A DNA stretch of 64,000 nt from Cyanobacteria bacterium auto_48_18 (GTDB lineage Bacteria > Cyanobacteriota > Vampirovibrionia > Obscuribacterales > Obscuribacteraceae), in NCBI GenBank assembly GCA_036170915.1, contig JAVHQC010000006.1, positions 201,987-265,986 on the forward strand. Reading direction: 5' to 3'. Each line of letters starts with the position of its first letter. Position 1 is the stretch's first letter. Below the pieces are notes generated by a model. It had not been told where the DNA came from. It worked only from the letters and a program-made list of their open reading frames with translations, and made no database searches. Below, piece after piece: positions 1 through 8,861 of this stretch. The position numbers and the translations under genes are program-made.

Positions 1-230
1 ATTTTTTTCGTCGCTTTTGCCTGCTGATTCGCCAGACTTATTTGTGGGTGATTGAAATTGAGTGGTCATTTATATTGCTCTCGTCTGCTTGGAAACGGTA
101 TCGACATTAAGGTGTCTGCATTTGAGTCTGTGTGGATTATGTTAAGCTGGACCTGTGCCAAAAGGCCATGCTTCTTCCTTTTTTTTAATGGCTTGGCAAG
201 CTTTGTGGCCTTGAGGAGAACAAGAATTAA

Positions 231-1016
231 ATGTCGGAAAAACAAAATGAAAACCTGGGTAACTTTGAGCTGAGTAAGCAGGGTGTGGTTACCAGACGTG
301 ACGTATTAATGATGGGAGCCGTTGCCGCCACGTCGCTTTCAACGAATGCACTTTCGGCAGCGGCTGCGCCTGCGGCAGCAGCGGTCGTTACCAAAGATCC
401 ATATACGGCCAAAGACTTTAGCGCGCTAGTGACAAAGAATATGGATGGCCTGAGCGGCAAGCAAATAGAACCTCACTTGAAGCTCTACAAAGGATACGTC
501 GGCAAGGCCAATGAAATTTATAATTTGCTCAAGACCGTCGATTTGACTTCAGCCAATGCTTCCTATTCGCCTTTGCGAGAACTCTTGATGGAGCAAAGTT
601 TTGCTGTCAACGGCATGATCTATCACGAATTCTACTTCGGCAATTTGGGTGGTAGCGGCGGCGACCCCAGTGGTGAGGTGAAAGCAGCCCTTGATGAGCG
701 CTTTGGCTCGACAGGCAAATTTATGGATTTTCTCAAAGCATCAGGCAAATCGATGCGTGGTTGGGTTGTAGTGGGCTATAACACTCGCGGCAATCATATT
801 GATACTTTTGGTCTCGATACACACAACATGTGGTCACCGCAGAACGTGGTGCCTTTGCTTGTTCTCGATGTTTATGAACATGCCTATATGATTGATTATG
901 GTATTGATCGCCCTAAGTATCTCGATGCCTTTGCTAAAAATCTTGACTGGCAAGTGGTGGCAAAACGTCTTGAAGCAACTAAGAAGCTTATCAGTGGCGG
1001 CGACAGCACCACTTAA
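231..1016 (+). CDS. Fe/Mn superoxide dismutase family protein with Tat-like signal
   Basis: DVYEHAY and HEFYF metal-ligand motifs; N-terminal TRRDVL followed by an Ala-rich hydrophobic stretch. Confidence 0.9.
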   Translation: MSEKQNENLGNFELSKQGVVTRRDVLMMGAVAATSLSTNALSAAAAPAAAAVVTKDPYTAKDFSALVTKNMDGLSGKQIEPHLKLYKGYVGKANEIYNLLKTVDLTSANASYSPLRELLMEQSFAVNGMIYHEFYFGNLGGSGGDPSGEVKAALDERFGSTGKFMDFLKASGKSMRGWVVVGYNTRGNHIDTFGLDTHNMWSPQNVVPLLVLDVYEHAYMIDYGIDRPKYLDAFAKNLDWQVVAKRLEATKKLISGGDSTT

Positions 1017-1047
1017 TTGGCGCTCGAGAAACAGCCAACTAATTCAT

Positions 1048-1088
1048 AAAAAAAGACTGGTACTTTCTAGAAGGAAGTACCAGTCTTG
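1048..1088 (-). terminator. Rho-independent terminator between convergent genes
   Basis: Stem AAGACTGGTACTT/AAGTACCAGTCTT with an A-run on the left (U-tail on the minus strand). Confidence 0.75.
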
Positions 1089-1114
1089 TGTATTAGTCTA
1101 CTGAACAAGCTTAT

Positions 1115-1549
1115 CTAAACTGAGGGCTGTAGCGCCTTAAGCATGGTGCTGACAATCAAGTGGGTCTCGTGTTGCGCCGGCAGAAGCTCATTAGTGATTA
1201 CGTTTCTAACATATTCACCGACAAGTTTTTGCTGCGCTTCATACTGCACCAGTCTTTCCGCTTCGGCAAGTTCCATTATTGCCAGAGCGTCTTGTTCAGT
1301 TGAAGCGCTGTTTTGAGTCATGGCTTCAAATCCGCCCCAGATGCCTGACGTTTTTCCTGGAATGCCATCGAGAGCTCTTATCTCAGCTGTGAGCTTTGCC
1401 ACACGGTCTGCGTGCGACATCTGACATTTGAGTAGTGCTTGTCTGACATCAGCATCTTTCACATGCTCCATGGCCAGTGTGTAGGTGTCTACAGCTGAGA
1501 TTTCACCGCTCAATAAAGTGTTGAACTCTTCGATGTATTCGGAACTCAT
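1115..1549 (-). CDS. Ferritin-like four-helix-bundle protein (DUF2383/PA2169-like)
   Basis: LLSGEISAVDTY...SHADRVAKL...LDGIP..SGIWG pattern; GGAG RBS upstream. Confidence 0.7.
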   Translation of the reverse strand: MSSEYIEEFNTLLSGEISAVDTYTLAMEHVKDADVRQALLKCQMSHADRVAKLTAEIRALDGIPGKTSGIWGGFEAMTQNSASTEQDALAIMELAEAERLVQYEAQQKLVGEYVRNVITNELLPAQHETHLIVSTMLKALQPSV

Positions 1550-1600
1550 GTGCTCTCCTTCGATAGATAAGACCTGTATGATTGTTACACTGATTACTTT

Positions 1601-1873
1601 CTAGACAGTGCCGCCTCGTCTGTTGAAGCCTCGCCCGATTAGCGAAAGTACAAAGACAAACAGAGCTGAACCAAGAATTGCTGGAATTAGTGAGATACCG
1701 GCCAAATCTGGTCCGATGTGTCCCATCAAGTTGCCGCCGATCCAGGCACCAATAATGCCAACAATCGCTGAAGTGAAGAAGCCTCCAGGAACTGAGCCTG
1801 GTACGATTCGCTCGCCGATATAGGCACAGACTGCAGCTACAATTAAAAATAGAATGAACGATAAAATAGACAT
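1601..1873 (-). CDS. GlsB/YeaQ/YmgE family stress-response membrane protein
   Basis: 90 aa, three Gly-rich TM segments, IVGIIGAWIGG motif. Confidence 0.85.
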   Translation of the reverse strand: MSILSFILFLIVAAVCAYIGERIVPGSVPGGFFTSAIVGIIGAWIGGNLMGHIGPDLAGISLIPAILGSALFVFVLSLIGRGFNRRGGTV

Positions 1874-2066
1874 TGAATTATCCTCGCGAAGTAGAAACGA
1901 ATTTTCGAAACGCGGTTTTCTTCGGGTTGCTAAATTCGTGCTTCCCTTCGTTCCGTTGGCTCTAGTGACTACGGTTGAGTCCTAAAGTTCCATTTTCAGT
2001 AAAAATCGGCAAACAGGCACCAAGTGGCCGCACCACTGATGGGCACAGTCGTTTTACTTTGTTCTA

Positions 2067-3422
2067 TTAGTTATCTGCGGGCGCCATACCAAGTTTAGCG
2101 TCGGCCACAGGACCTTCCATAACTATATGCATAACGCCGTCAGGGTCTTTTTCGCGCCGCTCAATTAATGCCTGCATGGTTTTACTGTCGTCGAGCATCA
2201 CTTGCTCTTTGCCTTGTGTTTCGTAAGCTTTGTCTAGTTTCATGGCACCCAGTTCAGGCTTAACGGCAAAGACATGGAACTTATCTGGTTTGTCGTTCAC
2301 TTTTAATGGAAACGGGCCCAACCTGTCAATTTTGCCAATATCACCTTTGTTAATCAAAGCCAGGTTATCGAAATTTTCTGGCGGATAACAACGATAAACT
2401 CGTACTTCTTTAGCGGCCGGATTGCTTTTGATGCGCTCGGCTAAAGTAGTTTTGGCCTGACCAGGCGACACTTCACCAAATACGTAAACATAGCAGCTGC
2501 TGCGCGGTTTGATCACAATTTCGCATTTTTCATTGAGCATATAACCATTTTTCGGCCGATTGAATTGAACATTAATAGGCTCAATGGCAGGCTTTTCAAC
2601 TTTGTGAGCATCTACTTCTTTTCCACCCAGATAGAATGCTGCGGCCACAAAGGCAGTGAGAAATGCCAGTATAAATGATGCCACCAGTGGTAGTGTCGAG
2701 GGGCTAGTGTTGGGCTCTTCCACAATTGAATTGGCCTGGACGCCGAGCTCTTTTAGAGCATCTATAGAAAGGCATAGTCGAATGGATGTGGTCGGTAGAT
2801 TTAACCCTGGTAGCGAAGCAGTATCACCACAGTGCATTGCCACCACTGTATATTCATCAAAAATTGCCGAGCCTGAGTCTCCAGGCGACAAAGCCAGATC
2901 ATGTAACAGGTGGAAATTGTCTTGCTTGCGCAGCGGTCCAAGTAAGCGGCCCATTTGCGCCAGCGGGTTAAGTGAGCTGAATTGCCCTAAATGAGTAGGG
3001 AAACGCACCGCAGTAAGTGACAACTGAGTTGGTAAATTGCGGTCGTAAGCAATCGGTAGAGGAGTCGCTTCTGACTCGGGGAAAGACAAATCGACGCTAA
3101 GCAGGGCGGCATCGAATTTGACTAAATGATTGAGCTGAGGGTCGCGCATAAAGTTCGGATGTAACTTAATTTCGTTAATGGCATATTGACTGCCTGATTT
3201 AGGAAACCGCACTGCCAGTGCCGGCAGGTCGTCAAGATGGCCGTCCACCACATGACCGCAAGTAATCAATTTGTTGAAACCGACCAGCCAGGCCTGACCC
3301 AAGACCTGCTCTTGTTTTCCGTTTTCGCTGATTTCCACTTTGATGATGTGGGCAAGGGCGTCGCCGTAGGCTTCTATATCAAGAGGAGCCATTGATTGAC
3401 TTAAATTTTGGCCAGTTGCCAC
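2067..3422 (-). CDS. Trypsin-like serine protease with single TM and C-terminal DUF4384-like domain
   Basis: Triad motifs ITCGHV, FDAALL, PGDSGS; TM LPLVASFILAFLTAFVAAAFYL; no N-terminal signal peptide. Confidence 0.75.
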   Translation of the reverse strand: MATGQNLSQSMAPLDIEAYGDALAHIIKVEISENGKQEQVLGQAWLVGFNKLITCGHVVDGHLDDLPALAVRFPKSGSQYAINEIKLHPNFMRDPQLNHLVKFDAALLSVDLSFPESEATPLPIAYDRNLPTQLSLTAVRFPTHLGQFSSLNPLAQMGRLLGPLRKQDNFHLLHDLALSPGDSGSAIFDEYTVVAMHCGDTASLPGLNLPTTSIRLCLSIDALKELGVQANSIVEEPNTSPSTLPLVASFILAFLTAFVAAAFYLGGKEVDAHKVEKPAIEPINVQFNRPKNGYMLNEKCEIVIKPRSSCYVYVFGEVSPGQAKTTLAERIKSNPAAKEVRVYRCYPPENFDNLALINKGDIGKIDRLGPFPLKVNDKPDKFHVFAVKPELGAMKLDKAYETQGKEQVMLDDSKTMQALIERREKDPDGVMHIVMEGPVADAKLGMAPADN

Positions 3423-3504
3423 TTTTTACGTTCCAGTCTTAACTACGTCGTCTAATCTTATACAATGGTAGGGCTTCAGCTCATCAAATCGATGCTCATT
3501 TTAA

Positions 3505-3951
3505 GTGATGAATCCCGCCAGCAATCCCAAACAAAATACTGTACCTGTATCGCCGTCACCAAAGGGTAACATAGCGCGCAGTCTCCGGTCGTACTGGTGG
3601 ATACCAGTCTCTTATTCTGTTCCATACTTAATTGTTCACTCCATTGGTTTAGGTCAGCCCGGTGTTAGTACCGCTGCCAACACAGAGCTGACAATGTTGC
3701 GATCTCATTACAGTGGGCTTATAGGCCTGGCGGTTGCTACTGCTATATTCTCGTTGTGGCGTCTGGACTGCACTTTTGGGGCCCGCCAGCTTCTACATTT
3801 GTCACGAGATTCACAGGCGAAAGCTCTGGTGCATATACTGGGAATGGCTTTGTGGGTATGCTGGGTAGGTATTAGTGTAGTAGCCTGTATGGCCTATGAT
3901 CAGGTCCATGAGCTGGTCCCTAACCTGCCAGGACTGGGCGCACCTATTTAG
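3505..3951 (+). CDS. Hypothetical membrane protein
   Basis: 148 aa ORF with about 3 hydrophobic segments. Confidence 0.5.
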   Translation: MMNPASNPKQNTVPVSPSPKGNIARSLRSYWWIPVSYSVPYLIVHSIGLGQPGVSTAANTELTMLRSHYSGLIGLAVATAIFSLWRLDCTFGARQLLHLSRDSQAKALVHILGMALWVCWVGISVVACMAYDQVHELVPNLPGLGAPI

Positions 3952-3987
3952 ATTTCTCATCCAGATATTCAAGTATTCAGGTAACAA

Positions 3988-5436
3988 TTGCTGACCAGCC
4001 CTACCGAATTACAAGAGATTCTCACCCTGGCGCCCGAATGGCAGTCAGTGGTCGAAAGCGTGGCTGCGGCAAAAGACGTAAAAACTGTCAGCTCCTATCA
4101 ACTTTTTGAGAGACTTGGTGCCAAGGCCATTTACATGAAGGCCGCGGCTCTCAGTAATCAGAAAAGAAGCGAGTTTGAGAGATTGCTGCGTGATCATTAT
4201 TATCAGCCGATCATTGCCAAGATGTTCAGTAACAACCAGAACCTGAAGCGTTTCTGGGCTCAGCGCAAGCATCCCTTTGACTGGCAAAAAGGCCAGGCTG
4301 TTTCAATGTCGGTGGAGCTATCCACAAAAATGGAAGGGGTGCTGGACAGGCATTTGGCTAATAAAAGCGCTGATGGCTTTAAGGTTTTGCTACCAGCCTA
4401 TGTGCAGCGCTCAGTGCAAAATGCAGTAGTTGATTACATAAAAGATGAGTGGCAGTGGGAAAGAGAAACTCTGCAAGATCTCAATCTTGACCCTGAGCAT
4501 GAAGACCCGCGCTCTTGCACCGCTGACGACGTTAAATATGCTCCTGAAAACAAAGCTATATCTGGTGAGCAAGTTTTACAACTGAATCAGTTACGCACTG
4601 AACTCAAAGCCATGCTTGATGATCGCTCTCAGCCCCAAGAAGCTCTTATAGTGGTCGACTGTATGTTCGGCCTGGGCCTGACGCCTAAGTCTAAGAACGG
4701 CGAAGAGCTCACTATGCGGGAAGTATGTGATTTGCTGGCCATAGCAGGTGAAACTCAAGCTCGTAAAATCGCTCGCTGTCAGGTTCTACTTGACAAAGGC
4801 CTTGATTGTATTCGCGCGCAAGTACGCAAGAATCTGCCAGGAGTAGCCGATTGCTGGCAAGCGGACGTTAACATCAACACTGCCTCAAGGCGCGAACTTT
4901 CACATCTGCTCGGTTTGACCGAAGGAGAAGTAGAGAGACTGCTTGCTAACCGCCAGTATTATTGCCTCAGTGAACTTGTCGAAAACAGTGTAATCAAAGC
5001 GCCGAGATTAGATGACTTAATCAAACACGGTGCCGTGGCTGCTTTTGTACCGGTGGAAGTCAATTCTTGCACCACTCGTGATCTGATTGATGTGCTTGGT
5101 TTCCCTAAAGACACGGCTCAGAAATTCGCCACCAAAAGGCCGTTTACTACTTTTGATCAGGCCCTGCGTGACAATTTGCTTAGCGATGCTGTGTTGCAAC
5201 AGGCAATTAAGCGTGGCGCAGTACTCAAGCCCCCAAGCACCGGCAGTGAAAGACTTGATCTCAATAACTGCCAGGGCGAAAATTTGGCCGCCCTTGGTTT
5301 AGGCGTAGCTATGGTGCAGCGCATCACTTCCGGTCGGCCTTTTACCACCTGGAACGAGCTGGAAGAGTACTTAGCGCCGGATAATCGCGAATGGTTGATA
5401 CTGCGTCAAAAAACTTGTTTGGGTATTTCCGACTAA
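3988..5436 (+). CDS. Sigma-70-like protein fused to three ComEA-type helix-hairpin-helix repeats
   Basis: Region-2-like AYVQRSVQNAVVDYIK; region-4-like MFGLG..EELTMREVCDLL; repeats VNINTAS, VEVNSCT, LDLNNCQ each followed by R(Q/P)(Y/F). Confidence 0.65.
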   Translation: MLTSPTELQEILTLAPEWQSVVESVAAAKDVKTVSSYQLFERLGAKAIYMKAAALSNQKRSEFERLLRDHYYQPIIAKMFSNNQNLKRFWAQRKHPFDWQKGQAVSMSVELSTKMEGVLDRHLANKSADGFKVLLPAYVQRSVQNAVVDYIKDEWQWERETLQDLNLDPEHEDPRSCTADDVKYAPENKAISGEQVLQLNQLRTELKAMLDDRSQPQEALIVVDCMFGLGLTPKSKNGEELTMREVCDLLAIAGETQARKIARCQVLLDKGLDCIRAQVRKNLPGVADCWQADVNINTASRRELSHLLGLTEGEVERLLANRQYYCLSELVENSVIKAPRLDDLIKHGAVAAFVPVEVNSCTTRDLIDVLGFPKDTAQKFATKRPFTTFDQALRDNLLSDAVLQQAIKRGAVLKPPSTGSERLDLNNCQGENLAALGLGVAMVQRITSGRPFTTWNELEEYLAPDNREWLILRQKTCLGISD

Positions 5437-5508
5437 TTTTTGTGCCCACGTCGTTGATGACAATGTGCAGATCAAGTCAAAACTATTTAGAGCCACCGGA
5501 GACGCCTG

Positions 5509-6750
5509 ATGTCTAGCTTAATCAATCAGAATCAACACGGTCGAATCGCTCTCAGTGCCGAAGTGGTGCGAATGGCTCAAATTCGAGCCAACCGCCAGGG
5601 TGTGCAGTTCAGGCAAGAATTGGCCAGGCTGGTGGCTGAAGAAGCAATTATGGCTTTAGATTATGATCTTGGCTTGCTGATTGAAAGTAATGCTTTGAGC
5701 CAATCTGATGCCATGGCTGCGGCTCTCGGCGTCAACGACCTTGTGGTAAATGGCCAGCGCATGGACATTCGTGCTCTCGATGAAGACGGCGAAGTCAGTG
5801 TTGCCAGGGCTCTTGTGGGCTCGCAATATTTGAGTCTGGGCAGCTTGATTGTCGAACTGGACGGCGTCAGTGGTGGAAGCATCGTCGGCCATGTAAGCTC
5901 CGGTGCCTGGCTCAAGGCCGAAGACGGTTTGCGCGACGCTGAGACTATTCGTATGCCAGTTGAGATTAAGGCCGATTTTGATCTGAGCCAAACCATAGTG
6001 GCACTTGCTCAAAAAGCACCCTTTAAGCTGCCGGCTGTAGCTAAGTTGGCTAATTTTGAAAACGACGTTAACGACCTTTTCAACAACAAGGGCCGCCTGA
6101 TTGCTTCTCGTCAGAAACAAATTTTTTCTTACCTCTGCGCTCACTGGTCTGATGAAATGCTGGCGCAAGTAGAAGCTATCGGCTGTAAATTGCCTGCTGC
6201 CAAAGTCACACGAGTTTTGTTTGCTGCCGGGCGCTGGCATGCTACATCTGAGCGGCTGGCCGACAAACTTGCTCTGCGCTTTAAAAAGCTTTCCCGTGAC
6301 CAAATACTCGCTCAAATTTTGACTGTGGGTGAAAAACTGGGAGGGGAGATTAAGGCTCCTGCTTTCAGGCATGAATTGCTCACTGGCCTGGCTGCTTCTG
6401 AGCTGGCCATGAATGACGGCATTCAGGCCAAAGCCGCACAAGCGGTCATGGCTAAAGTTATGAGTGGTGCCAGCGCGGTGGAAGTGGTGAAATCTCTGGT
6501 GAAAAACGCGGTGGCAGTGGATTTAGCCCTTGCTATCAAGAGTAAGCGTCAGGCTGCAGCAGGCTTCATGGCCGCCACTGCCGAAGAAATTGGCATGGCT
6601 TTTCAACAACTGGCACTACAGCCTGCCTATGCCACCCATAGCAGCGGTGATTCTGGAGTAGATTCCATTAATGAAGCGCTGGCTTTGCTTCAAGCTACTG
6701 ACATGGCCGACATTATTGCTGCCTGTGATCAGGAAATGGCGCAGTTCTAG
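5509..6750 (+). CDS. Hypothetical protein with DUF1822-like N-terminal domain
   Basis: 413 aa; GVNDLVVNGQRMDIR...LIVELD..SGGSIVGHV resembles the cyanobacterial DUF1822 core; GGAG RBS. Confidence 0.5.
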   Translation: MSSLINQNQHGRIALSAEVVRMAQIRANRQGVQFRQELARLVAEEAIMALDYDLGLLIESNALSQSDAMAAALGVNDLVVNGQRMDIRALDEDGEVSVARALVGSQYLSLGSLIVELDGVSGGSIVGHVSSGAWLKAEDGLRDAETIRMPVEIKADFDLSQTIVALAQKAPFKLPAVAKLANFENDVNDLFNNKGRLIASRQKQIFSYLCAHWSDEMLAQVEAIGCKLPAAKVTRVLFAAGRWHATSERLADKLALRFKKLSRDQILAQILTVGEKLGGEIKAPAFRHELLTGLAASELAMNDGIQAKAAQAVMAKVMSGASAVEVVKSLVKNAVAVDLALAIKSKRQAAAGFMAATAEEIGMAFQQLALQPAYATHSSGDSGVDSINEALALLQATDMADIIAACDQEMAQF

Positions 6751-6794
6751 ATTGCAAATTTCCTGTTTGGCAATAAGTTCGGTACAATCGGCAC

Positions 6795-7565
6795 ATGCAA
6801 GCGAGCACCAGTGTAGTTGATTGTAGTGGTTGTGGAGAGCAAAACAGCTCTGACATGTCATTTTGCCTCAAGTGCGGCAAAGTGCTCTCTTCGGCCGTAC
6901 AGGAACAACGCGATATTCGCGGAGTTAAAAAGCGGCAGTGCAAAAGTTGTGGCCGGGCTGATGAACTCAATCATCGATATTGCATTTTTTGTGGTGCCGA
7001 CATTAAGGCATTCGTTGCCAAAGCTGCCAACCCTGAAGCCTTAAATAGATTTACCAGTGAGCTTTCGCAGCTAGCGGCCGACCCAGATCCCAATGAAGCG
7101 CTGCAAGTTGCTAGAGATCAAAGTAATTCTGCGGCCAGTAATTATCACGCACCAGTAGTCTATAAAAATAAGGCTGCCACAAAACCATCATATGGTGCGC
7201 TGGTTGTGCAATTGTTCTTGCTTCTAGGATTGGCTTCAGGAGCTGGTCTTGCCTATTTCTTCAAGGGCCCGGCCTTACTGCAGGCTTACAATTTAGTCAC
7301 AGGAAATAGCTTCAAAGATGGACTTTTAATTTTTACCGAACAGCCCACTGTCAACATTGTCACCGAATCGCAAGATCGCAAACAGTACACTATTGGTCAA
7401 ACCAAAAATGGCAGCATGGCCATATCTGGAATCGATCCAGGAGTTCAGCGTATTACTTTTTCGCTGCCTGATGCCTCAATCATTGAAGCGGTAACTTTGC
7501 TTCCATCAAAATTAAATATGCTTGGATACGATCAAAAAGTTGATGTCAACGCTGGTAAACACTGA
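6795..7565 (+). CDS. Double zinc-ribbon membrane protein
   Basis: CSGC/CLKC and CKSC/CIFC pairs; TM LVVQLFLLLGLASGAGLAYFF. Confidence 0.75.
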   Translation: MQASTSVVDCSGCGEQNSSDMSFCLKCGKVLSSAVQEQRDIRGVKKRQCKSCGRADELNHRYCIFCGADIKAFVAKAANPEALNRFTSELSQLAADPDPNEALQVARDQSNSAASNYHAPVVYKNKAATKPSYGALVVQLFLLLGLASGAGLAYFFKGPALLQAYNLVTGNSFKDGLLIFTEQPTVNIVTESQDRKQYTIGQTKNGSMAISGIDPGVQRITFSLPDASIIEAVTLLPSKLNMLGYDQKVDVNAGKH

Positions 7566-8809
7566 TGACCGCCAAAATTAATTGTCCTACCTGCCAGCGC
7601 TCTTTGCCCGCCGCATCAAAGTTTTGCGGGTTTGATGGTACCGATTTATCACTGGCTGCCGAAGGCCAGGCATCACGCAAAGTCTGCTCCGTATGTGGTC
7701 GCTTTTATCCTGGTTATGCGCAATTTTGTGCTTTTGATCGCAGCTCATTGCAGATAATGAAAACACAAAGAGAGTTGGCGCAAGAAAGCGAATCGCCTTC
7801 TGATCAGGCTTTAGAGCGCTATAGCGGCACACAGTCAAACGAAACTGTAGTGGTGCCCGTGCTGCCACCGGCGACCTCAACTGCACAAATTGCTGCTGAT
7901 GACAGATTGTTTTCGCCTGCTGATTCCAACATGCCTTATTCAGAGTTGGTTGGTAAAACCATCGACAAAAAATATTTGATTCAGTCTGTACTGGGTGAAG
8001 GCGGCATGGCCGTTGTCTATCGCGCTCATCAAATTCAGATGGAGCGCACGGTTGTGATCAAAGTTATGCAAGGCTGGTTGCTTTCCAACCGCAATTCGGT
8101 AGAGAGATTTGAGCGCGAGTGCAAACTCACTGCCAAACTCAATCATCCAAATATTGTCTCAGTCTACGACGTTGGTTTAATTAACGGCAAAGAACCATAT
8201 TTGGTGATGGAGTATATCAAAGGTGAATCACTGGCAGACAAGATTCACAACTCGGGCGCGTTGCCCTATGCCACCACCGCCAATATCATCATTCAAATTT
8301 GCCGCGGCTTGCAAGAAGCGCATACGTCCGGCATTATCCACCGCGATTTGAAACCTGACAACGTTTTGCTGCAACATAAATCAGATCGGCCTGACTGGGT
8401 AAAAATCGTAGACTTCGGTATTTCAAACTTTGTGCACGGTAGCAAGAAGCTGACTAAAACAGGACGCATGGTAGGCACACCTGAATATATTGCTCCAGAA
8501 CAATTAAAAGATCGCCCGATTGATATGCGGACAGATCTATACGGCCTCGGCATTATGATGTTTGAAATGTTGGCTGGCCGTGTGCCTTTCGATGGCGAAA
8601 GCGCCGAATCGATTTTGATGAAACATTTGCTTGAAGATCCGCCCCAGATGGCTGAAATTCGTCCAGAATTGGCTGAGGGAAATCTTTTCCAACCAATAGT
8701 CGACAAGCTCTTGAAGAAAAACCCAGACGAGCGCTATCAAACCGCCACGGAATTGCGGCTTGATGTGGAACATGCATTAAACGCCGTTTTACTGAAGAAA
8801 AACACTTAA
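7565..8809 (+). CDS. Hanks-type Ser/Thr protein kinase with N-terminal zinc-ribbon repeats
   Basis: LGEGGMAVVY, VIK, HRDLKPDN, DFG, GTPEYIAPE; TGATG overlap with the upstream gene. Confidence 0.95.
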   Translation: MTAKINCPTCQRSLPAASKFCGFDGTDLSLAAEGQASRKVCSVCGRFYPGYAQFCAFDRSSLQIMKTQRELAQESESPSDQALERYSGTQSNETVVVPVLPPATSTAQIAADDRLFSPADSNMPYSELVGKTIDKKYLIQSVLGEGGMAVVYRAHQIQMERTVVIKVMQGWLLSNRNSVERFERECKLTAKLNHPNIVSVYDVGLINGKEPYLVMEYIKGESLADKIHNSGALPYATTANIIIQICRGLQEAHTSGIIHRDLKPDNVLLQHKSDRPDWVKIVDFGISNFVHGSKKLTKTGRMVGTPEYIAPEQLKDRPIDMRTDLYGLGIMMFEMLAGRVPFDGESAESILMKHLLEDPPQMAEIRPELAEGNLFQPIVDKLLKKNPDERYQTATELRLDVEHALNAVLLKKNT

Positions 8810-8861
8810 TTAAGTGTGGTTTCAGACTTATTCTCGTGTTGTCTTTATCTAAACTGGTGGC

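Noticed and set aside
5656..6441. 261-aa antisense ORF (and many other shadow ORFs in the track)
   Set aside because: Lies entirely opposite a longer co-operonic gene and has no recognisable motif
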